Assembly (NCBI GenBank): GCA_035641095.1
Contig: DASQUV010000058.1
Location: 35,207-59,206 of the forward strand
Source of the DNA: Nitrososphaeraceae archaeon
GTDB taxonomy: Archaea > Thermoproteota > Nitrososphaeria > Nitrososphaerales > Nitrososphaeraceae
DNA length: 24,000 bases
Reading direction: 5' to 3'
Part shown: positions 16,853-23,305 of the stretch, in pieces
How the letters are laid out: each line of letters opens with the position of its first letter
How positions within the stretch are numbered: the stretch's first letter is position 1
Made by a program: the position numbers and the translations under genes
Notes under the pieces: generated by a model
Told to the model about the DNA's origin: nothing
Databases searched by the model: none
The model's input: only the letters and a program-made list of their open reading frames with translations

Positions 16853-17100
16853 TACATACTCTATAGCACATTTCAGAATTCGAAATTAGAAATATCGCTC
16901 AGTACACTGGAAGGCGCTTACGGTGTAAAAAGTATCCCATGCAATATTCACTATCAAATACTAATATCGTGGATTGCTATTTCTAGAATTGATACAAACA
17001 TCAGTGTCTTCAGTTATATGATCAAATCGAACAACCAATTATATTTCAGATCTCGAGTTTAGACAGATATCATTTGCTAAGAGACAAATTAAATTACGTC

Positions 17101-17787
17101 TTAAAAATCTAGAAGGTCTTTAGCAATTAGTTTCTCAACTTTTTTTAGAACATTACTATTTCGAATTTGTGGAATTTCAATTGCTTTCTTTACCCCCGTT
17201 AGCGCAGAAAGTAACGGTAGGATGGCTTCTTGAGTCTTGGAAGGTTTTTCGGGATACTTATTGATGATTATTGCATAAACCTGAATTTTCCTGCTTCGAC
17301 AAGCGTGAAAAGTGAGTAGTGTATGGTTTATAGTACCCAATTTTGGCGACGCCACGATAATAACAGGAAACTCAATCATCTTGGCAAAATCTAGGATAGT
17401 CTTCTTCATCGATATAGGCACCATAACCCCTCCAATTCCTTCCACAACAATAAACTCGTGTTGCCTTGATAGTGTTCGTAATTTTTTGACTGCAAAACCT
17501 AAGTCGGGAATAGGTCTTCCGCTCATAGTTGCCGCAAGGAGAGGAGCTGTTCCAATCTGATAGAAATAAGGATTTATCAAATCATCGGGATCAATCACTT
17601 GGGCAGCACCTGAAAGTCTCCACGTATCCTCAGAAGCATAGGTTGAAGAGTATCGCCTGTGGGATGTAGCAAATGGTTTCATCACTCCTACGTCAATGCC
17701 TTGTTCCTTTAGAACCTTCGCTATAATGCAGGCTATGAATGTCTTTCCAATATTAGTATCGGTTCCAGTCACAAATATTCCCTTCAT
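17101..17787 (-). CDS. bioD: dethiobiotin synthetase
   Basis: 228 aa. N-terminal P-loop MKGIFVTGTDTNIGKTFIA (GTDT.(V/I)GKT), plus EGIGGVMVP. Confidence 0.9.
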   Translation of the reverse strand: MKGIFVTGTDTNIGKTFIACIIAKVLKEQGIDVGVMKPFATSHRRYSSTYASEDTWRLSGAAQVIDPDDLINPYFYQIGTAPLLAATMSGRPIPDLGFAVKKLRTLSRQHEFIVVEGIGGVMVPISMKKTILDFAKMIEFPVIIVASPKLGTINHTLLTFHACRSRKIQVYAIIINKYPEKPSKTQEAILPLLSALTGVKKAIEIPQIRNSNVLKKVEKLIAKDLLDF

Positions 17788-17824
17788 AGAAATTTAATAG
17801 TGACGGGGTTTGCTTTATTTCAAT

Positions 17825-19138
17825 ATGGCTCACACCAACAGGCATCACATTTGGTATCCGTATGCAGATATGAACCTATGGAATAGCTCGTCGACTAAGG
17901 TAATGACAAGAGGAAGGGGATTCCATCTTATAGATTCGGAAGGGCGACGCTACCTTGACGGTGTTGCAAGTATGTGGTGTAATGTTTGGGGCCATGGAGA
18001 AAAGGAAATCATAAGGGAAATGAAGAATCAAATCAGTACTCTTCAACATTCGAGTCTTTTTGGTCTAGGAAATCAACCGTCCATAGATCTTTCCATAAAG
18101 TTATTAAATTTATCCAAAGGGATGGAACATGTTTTCTTCTCCGATAATGGTTCTACCGCAATAGAAGTTGCAATGAAGATGGCCGTACAATATTACAAAA
18201 ATCGGGGAAGGCCTGATAAGAGACATTTTGTCTCCCTCCAAAATGGTTATCACGGCGACACAGTCGGGGCGATGTCTGTTGGTTATGTGCCTCGATACTT
18301 TTCTGCCTACAGATCACTAATGAGAAAGGTTACTCGACTACCTAGTCCTTCAGTAAAGTTGGGTCAGCCAGTACCAGAATTAGATGAGATCCTGGGAGAA
18401 ACCGAATCTTGTCTTAAGAAAGACTCTGGAGAGACCTGCGCTATTGTAATGGAGAGCGGCGCTCAAATTGCAGGCGGGATAAGAATTTATCCGGAAGGAT
18501 ATCAGAAGAAGGTAGCTGAGCTGTGTAATAGGTACGGAGTTCTACTTATTTTGGATGAGATTGCCACAGGATTCGGCAGGCTTGGAAACATGATAGAATA
18601 TGTGAAACAAAATTCAATTCCAGATATCGTCTGCTTCGGGAAGGCTTTGACTGCAGGGTACACTCCACTAGCAGTTACTCTAACAAATTCCGAAATATTT
18701 CGATCGTTCCTCGATAGGAAAGCTATATTCTATCACGGTCATACATATTGCGGACATCCTATCGGTTGCGCAACTGCGATTGCTAATTTGAACCTGTATA
18801 GAAAAAGACGTCTAATACGGGATGTTTCCCTGAAATCAAAATACTTAAGGAAAAAGTTGTACAAGTTTCAGGACTCTCCTGCCGTAATCAATGTGCGACA
18901 TGAAGGGATGCTTGCCGGTTTAGATATATCTAAACGAGGGATCGACGCAATTAGAAAAAAAACAAACGGGCCAGTTGATTCCTTTATTTTCAAAAATGCG
19001 CTAAAGGTGGGTGTTTACTTGAGGCCGCTAGGAAGAACTATAGTCTTGATTCCTCCACTCGCCATTGACATGAAAAACCTTGAGTGCCTTATGGGAACTG
19101 TAGAGCTTATTATTCGGAAAGTTGAGCAGCTGCTATGA
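17825..19138 (+). CDS. bioA: adenosylmethionine-8-amino-7-oxononanoate aminotransferase (class III aminotransferase)
   Basis: The ORF runs 17810..19138 from a TTG; ATG 17825 is the likelier start. HIWYPYADM N-terminal motif, DEIATGFGRLG, PLP-Lys in CFGKALTAGY, and context with bioD/bioF/bioB. The amino donor (SAM or lysine) cannot be told from the sequence. Confidence 0.9.
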   Translation: MAHTNRHHIWYPYADMNLWNSSSTKVMTRGRGFHLIDSEGRRYLDGVASMWCNVWGHGEKEIIREMKNQISTLQHSSLFGLGNQPSIDLSIKLLNLSKGMEHVFFSDNGSTAIEVAMKMAVQYYKNRGRPDKRHFVSLQNGYHGDTVGAMSVGYVPRYFSAYRSLMRKVTRLPSPSVKLGQPVPELDEILGETESCLKKDSGETCAIVMESGAQIAGGIRIYPEGYQKKVAELCNRYGVLLILDEIATGFGRLGNMIEYVKQNSIPDIVCFGKALTAGYTPLAVTLTNSEIFRSFLDRKAIFYHGHTYCGHPIGCATAIANLNLYRKRRLIRDVSLKSKYLRKKLYKFQDSPAVINVRHEGMLAGLDISKRGIDAIRKKTNGPVDSFIFKNALKVGVYLRPLGRTIVLIPPLAIDMKNLECLMGTVELIIRKVEQLL

Positions 19139-19173
19139 ACGGGAGCCAAACTGATCGTCCTAATGTAAATTTT

Positions 19174-19764
19174 TCAGTGCATTTGTCGTAACTCCTTGTA
19201 TAGCGTTGCTTTTGAAATCCCTAGGTCCTTTGCAATTCTAGAACGAGGTGCATTGTTTGCAAGAAGTTTGACTAGTGTGTTCTTGTCTATAATAGTCTGG
19301 GGCCTTCCAATGCTTTTGCCGGATTCTCTGGCCCTCCTCATCCCATCCTTAGTGCGTTGGACCAGCATTTCTCGCTCTCGTTCTGCAACCCATGTAAGAA
19401 TGCCTATCATTAGCTTTCTGACACTGGGTTCTGTGCTTTGAAGAAAAGTTTCTCTTGGTGAACAGGAAATCAGCGGAGCATATTCTTCAATTGCTTTTAT
19501 CGCGTCAAGCGTATCCCAGAACGTTCTCCCGACCCTAGATAGTTCGTACACCAATATGGCGTCTACGGAATCTGTTTTAATGATTTCAAGCATATCCTTA
19601 AAAGCACTCCTACGGATTGCCGGAATTCTTCCGCTTACTGACGAGTCTTCGAAGTAGGAAAGTATTTCAAAGTCATGGTCTGAAGCCCATTTGTCTAGAA
19701 CAAGTCTTTGATTCATTACAGTCTGTTCTTCCGTACTGACCCTAAGGTAGGCGAATGCGTACAC
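19174..19764 (-). CDS. small serine recombinase, resolvase/invertase type (N-terminal catalytic domain, C-terminal HTH)
   Basis: 196 aa with a GTG start. YAFAYLRVSTEEQ places the nucleophile Ser at residue 10, as in gamma-delta resolvase/Hin. VYELSRVGRT is present. The C-terminal GRPQTI...RSRIAKDLGISKATLYKEL is an HTH_7-like motif. Confidence 0.85.
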   Translation of the reverse strand: MYAFAYLRVSTEEQTVMNQRLVLDKWASDHDFEILSYFEDSSVSGRIPAIRRSAFKDMLEIIKTDSVDAILVYELSRVGRTFWDTLDAIKAIEEYAPLISCSPRETFLQSTEPSVRKLMIGILTWVAEREREMLVQRTKDGMRRARESGKSIGRPQTIIDKNTLVKLLANNAPRSRIAKDLGISKATLYKELRQMH

Positions 19765-19888
19765 GTCAATTAAAGCAAACCCTTTAAGAGGTTATTTAAT
19801 CAAGTTGTTAATCTTCTAAGACAAAGAGTTCAAAAAGGGTATCCCTAACTTTTCAAATAAAGCCATACTTTCACCGTATCTTATAAGT

Positions 19889-19929
19889 AAAAAAAACGTT
19901 CTCTTTGTTGAACGACCCAAAAATGGGTC
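19889..19929 (-). terminator. two adjacent hairpins followed, in minus-strand sense, by a T8 tract
   Basis: Plus-strand reading: A8 (19889-19896), then CGTTC-TCTTTGTT-GAACG (19897-19914), then GACCCA-AAAA-TGGGTC (19914-19929). On the minus strand this reads as hairpin, hairpin, TTTTTTTT. No ORF lies upstream of it on that strand. Confidence 0.35.
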
Positions 19930-20267
19930 CTTTTCTGAACAGGTAGTTAAAATGAAATTGCATACGAAATTCGTCAAATAGGGGCAACGCCATAATAATT
20001 TTCTCTAATGTCTAATGTTACGACTTCCAGTATTCAACTTCAAAATCGGGCATCTTCTACTATCAATAATTCCATTAATTGGAGGCATTAACCCTACCTC
20101 TAACTGACAAATTATGCCATCTATCGCGACCCAATAAGCTCATGATAAGTTAATAATCCAAGATCATTGATGCTTCTTAACATCAGTAAGCATGCAGATA
20201 CGATTTTGTACAGGTTAATCAGCTCTTTGGTGAAGCCAATCAACTATTTCGGTTGGTCTAACACAAC

Positions 20268-20276
20268 ATTTATTTT
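20268..20276 (+). promoter_or_regulatory. TATA-like box upstream of tRNA-Asn
   Basis: ATTTATTTT is centred about 30 nt upstream of tRNA position 1 (20302). Confidence 0.35.
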
Positions 20277-20301
20277 GTCCAATAATGCTCTGCAATATTG
20301 C

Positions 20302-20411
20302 GCCGCTGTAGCTCAGCATGGTAGAGCAATTCTAGCGTGGTTTGGAAAACTCCTCTGGAGCTTAGCTGGCTGTTAACCAGTGGGTCATCAGTTCGAGTCT
20401 GATCAGCGGCG
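20302..20411 (+). tRNA. tRNA-Asn (anticodon GTT) interrupted by a 36-nt intron-like insertion between the D-arm and the anticodon stem; no encoded CCA
   Basis: Manual cloverleaf:
- Acceptor GCCGCTG/CAGCGGC, 7 bp (20302-08 / 20404-10).
- U8 A9.
- D-stem GCTC/GAGC with loop AGCATGGTA (contains G18 G19).
- A26.
- Anticodon stem GCTGG/CCAGT (20365-69 / 20377-81).
- Anticodon loop CTGTTAA, with GTT at 20372-74.
- Variable loop GGGTC.
- T-stem ATCAG/CTGAT with loop TTCGAGT.
- Discriminator G (20411).
- The cloverleaf closes only if about 20329-20364 (ATTCTAGCGTGGTTTGGAAAACTCCTCTGGAGCTTA) is removed. Confidence 0.85.
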
Positions 20412-20448
20412 CTTTGATAATCATGTTGCTCAAGGGCTTCAGTTAGTA

Positions 20449-20808
20449 TTAGAAGGATATTATGTCTAATGCTATCGCATCTGCAAGCAAATCAAGATGT
20501 CGATTAGCGACTATGTATCCATTTTTTATTTCGTTTGATGATACCCATCTGTTGGAGGAAGAGAATAATCGTTCCTTTCTCAATTTATTCTCAAGTAACT
20601 CCAGGTCCAGTTCAACTTCCTCGACCTCCTCTGTTCTAGAATACTTCATTGTGAGGAGCACCTTCTTAACTAGAACTCTTCTCCCGAATCGTTGCGAGAA
20701 ATCTCTCGCTCCTTCATCGATTTCTACTAATTTGAGTTTCATTTGAGTAGTATTGAGGGCATCCCTACTGGTAAGGAGTCGATCGTCGACAAATCTATCG
20801 TAACTCAT
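20449..20808 (-). CDS. hypothetical protein with a glutamate/leucine-rich central segment
   Basis: 119 aa, containing EEVEEVELDLELLENKLRKE. I recognise no family. It lies 17 nt downstream of the DUF35 gene on the same strand. The antisense ORF 20462..20746 was judged spurious. Confidence 0.45.
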   Translation of the reverse strand: MSYDRFVDDRLLTSRDALNTTQMKLKLVEIDEGARDFSQRFGRRVLVKKVLLTMKYSRTEEVEEVELDLELLENKLRKERLFSSSNRWVSSNEIKNGYIVANRHLDLLADAIALDIISF

Positions 20809-20825
20809 AACTCACTTTAGATACA

Positions 20826-21191
20826 TTATCTATTCATCGTATATGAATCAAACCGATCCAGAGTTCTGAAAGTGAAATGAATCTTTCCATCTGAAGATGC
20901 TCCTATGGTAACCAATTCTACCGCTGACCCGACAGCGATGCCCCTTCCTTCTAATATAGAACCCAACAGCAAGATCCCATCTATATCTATTAGTGCCACC
21001 GTAACTCCGCCGTCCTCGATCCAGGATTTGCTAAATTCAACGATCCTCCCGAGTTTGCCACCAGGTACTGTTGATGTTCGTCGATAACAGGCTGGACATT
21101 TTTCATAAGGCGGCCAAATTTTCTTTTTACAATTTGTACAATAAGAAATCACGAAAGTGCCATCTTTTAGTTGATTCATAAACCGTCGCAT
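20826..21191 (-). CDS. DUF35-family Zn-ribbon/OB-fold protein (thiolase-associated scaffold)
   Basis: 121 aa. Zn ribbon CTNCKKKIWPPYEKCPAC is followed by a beta-rich OB-like region (GRIVEFS...VALIDIDG). It lies 19 nt downstream of the thiolase gene, which is the canonical archaeal pairing. Confidence 0.85.
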   Translation of the reverse strand: MRRFMNQLKDGTFVISYCTNCKKKIWPPYEKCPACYRRTSTVPGGKLGRIVEFSKSWIEDGGVTVALIDIDGILLLGSILEGRGIAVGSAVELVTIGASSDGKIHFTFRTLDRFDSYTMNR

Positions 21192-21210
21192 ATTAACAAT
21201 ACTCCTAATA

Positions 21211-22311
21211 TCACGATTCTAGGATCATAATTGTAGCAGAAGTTCCTGCTGCTGCAAGATTATGAACTAGTCCTACATTGCAACTACGAACCTGACGGGA
21301 ACCCGCCTCATGTCTTAATTGGCAAACTATTTCACATACCTGGGCAATTCCCGTTGCGCCGATTGGATGACCTGACCCGAGAATTCCTCCTCTCGGGTTT
21401 ACTATAATATTTCCGTCTAAGGCATATGATGTTCCTTTCCCTTTTTTGGCAAATCCCAAATCTTCATAAGCCAAGATTTCCATAATAGTGAATGCATCAT
21501 GAATTTCTGCTACGTGTATATCTGAAGGTTTCATTCGTGCCATCTCATAGGCATGTGCAGCTGCCCGCTTACTTGAACCATTCTTAAATATCTCGGGGAT
21601 CGCGTGAGCAACGCTTGCACAGTTGGTTTGTTGTCCAATTCCCTCTATCCAGACGGGGTGAACATCCAGATCCCTTGCAAGATCCTCGGAGACAAGCAGC
21701 AGGCTAGCAGCTCCTGAGCAGAGCACACTGCAATCAAGCAACTTGATTGGATCAACTAGTTTTCTAGAATTTAATACATCATCCAGTGAAATAGGCTTGT
21801 TGAAGATTGCGTTTGGGTTTTTTACCGAATAGGATCTGTTCTTGACTGCTATGGCTGCCAGGTCCTCTTCAGTGGTCCCATATTCTCTCATATGCATTTT
21901 GGCAAAGACCGATGCCCAGTATATTGGGGAGGTAAATTGGCCTCTTGATACATCCCAGCTTAGCTTAGAGCCAGGGCTGTTATGCAGCTCTGCACCTACT
22001 ACTAAAATTGAATCACAAAGTCCTGACGCGATGTAGGAATAAGCAGTTGATACTGCGGTGGTACCGGAATTACAAAGATTATCAATCCTACATGTGATTT
22101 TAGGAGTTATTCCTAACATTTCAGATAGTATTGCTCCGCCATAAAGATCATGAGAGCAGCTTGAAAGGAATAGACCTTCCACCTTGTTTGCCGTTATTTT
22201 CGATGATTTCAATATTTCAATTGATGGTTCACAAGCCAGTTCGAGAAGTGATTTTTCTGTCAGTTTTCGAAATTTAGTTGTGGCATAGTCAACGATGGCC
22301 ACTTTATTCAT
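21211..22311 (-). CDS. thiolase (acetyl-CoA C-acetyltransferase / SCP-x-type, archaeal)
   Basis: The ORF runs 21211..22365; homology begins at MNKVAIVDYATTKF (ATG 22311). Candidate active-site Cys in NLCNSGTTAV, GSGHPIGATGIAQVCE, and C-terminal NLAAAGTSATIMILE. Its start overlaps the upstream gene's stop (ATGAATAA). Confidence 0.85.
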   Translation of the reverse strand: MNKVAIVDYATTKFRKLTEKSLLELACEPSIEILKSSKITANKVEGLFLSSCSHDLYGGAILSEMLGITPKITCRIDNLCNSGTTAVSTAYSYIASGLCDSILVVGAELHNSPGSKLSWDVSRGQFTSPIYWASVFAKMHMREYGTTEEDLAAIAVKNRSYSVKNPNAIFNKPISLDDVLNSRKLVDPIKLLDCSVLCSGAASLLLVSEDLARDLDVHPVWIEGIGQQTNCASVAHAIPEIFKNGSSKRAAAHAYEMARMKPSDIHVAEIHDAFTIMEILAYEDLGFAKKGKGTSYALDGNIIVNPRGGILGSGHPIGATGIAQVCEIVCQLRHEAGSRQVRSCNVGLVHNLAAAGTSATIMILES

Positions 22312-23305
22312 TCGAAAAAGTCTCCAACAAGTTGATAAAGGATTTGTGCGTATCCTCTCCTTCAACAGGATTAATTTGTAATATGGGAAGTGTTATTCCC
22401 GCAGAGATGAATCTTTGCATCGAGCGTCTTCCCTGTTCGGAATCACCGCAAATTGCAATTTCATCCAATAATTTATCGGGAACAAATTTAGACGCCGCAT
22501 CTAGTCCTCGCTTGTTGTACTCTTCAACAATGGTATCCGTCACATCTGCGAAACCAGAGTTTGAAATGAGTTTCCTATAATATACTCCCACCGAAATATA
22601 AAACGCCAGTGTCTTCGCTGCTCGCAATCTCGCCCTATCAGGATACTTATCAGAAATTGAGCATATAAAAACTGAAGCAAATTCAAACGGCTTCGTTACT
22701 TCTTTCCTTAGCTTGTGAATTGTGGACCTCAATTCAGCAAAGGGCCTCAAGTACAGCAGTAGACCTTCTGCAACCGATATGGATAATGATATCATTAGCG
22801 GATTTACAGCTGCCAAAAAAATGGGGATCGAAGCCCGGGGAGGAGGATGCAAGAGTTTGAAATTTGAAACATTAAAGAATTCGCCCTTGAATGATACTGG
22901 GTTTCCTGCCCAAATAAGTCGAAGAAGAGCAACCATCTCACTCATTCTAGCAAAGGGTTTATCGAAAGTTAATCCATGCCAGCCTTCAACGATTGCACTA
23001 GTGCTTACCCCTAGACCCAACAAAGTTCTATTCCCGGAAAGGATATCTAGAGTAATCGCGCCCATTGCTATAGTAGAAGGTGTTCGTGAATAAATGTTAA
23101 GTATTGCTGTTCCTAATTTCGGATAGTGGCCAACCTGAGAGATCGCCCCCAGTGTACCAAAGGCTTCTCTTCCCCACGTTTCAGGTACCCACAAAGAATC
23201 AACATTCTTGTAGCCGTCTGCGAGACGGGAAAATTTCAAAATCTCGTCGATGGAAAGCAGAGCACCGAGGCTGTATCCTACCTTCACTCCTCCACGAGAA
23301 TTCAA
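22304..23305 (-). CDS. luciferase-like (LLM class) flavin/F420-dependent oxidoreductase
   Basis: 333 aa. VKVGYSLG N-terminus, WVPETWGREAF, LGLGVS..AIVEGWHG and a C-terminal ...L.DEIAICG motif are typical of Mer-like/LLM F420-dependent enzymes. The start is TTG 23305, abutting the upstream stop, or GTG 23287. Confidence 0.78.
   Translation of the reverse strand: MNSRGGVKVGYSLGALLSIDEILKFSRLADGYKNVDSLWVPETWGREAFGTLGAISQVGHYPKLGTAILNIYSRTPSTIAMGAITLDILSGNRTLLGLGVSTSAIVEGWHGLTFDKPFARMSEMVALLRLIWAGNPVSFKGEFFNVSNFKLLHPPPRASIPIFLAAVNPLMISLSISVAEGLLLYLRPFAELRSTIHKLRKEVTKPFEFASVFICSISDKYPDRARLRAAKTLAFYISVGVYYRKLISNSGFADVTDTIVEEYNKRGLDAASKFVPDKLLDEIAICGDSEQGRRSMQRFISAGITLPILQINPVEGEDTHKSFINLLETFSNE

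Noticed and set aside
16853-17100. 248-bp gap between convergent bioF and bioD, as a possible small gene or ncRNA
   Set aside because: The longest ORF on either strand is about 15 codons. I saw only weak partial palindromes around GAATTCGAA and nothing that supports a call from sequence alone.
20167-20376. 69-aa plus-strand ORF
   Set aside because: Its 3' half is the tRNA-Asn gene itself (…AAVAQHGRAIL… is the translated tRNA). It is not a protein gene.
20003-20470. 10-mer ATGTCTAATG on both sides of the tRNA (about 20008 and about 20460), as possible att-like flanking repeats
   Set aside because: A 10-nt match is expected hundreds of times among all position pairs in 24 kb. The second copy lies inside the 119-aa ORF, and the match does not extend.
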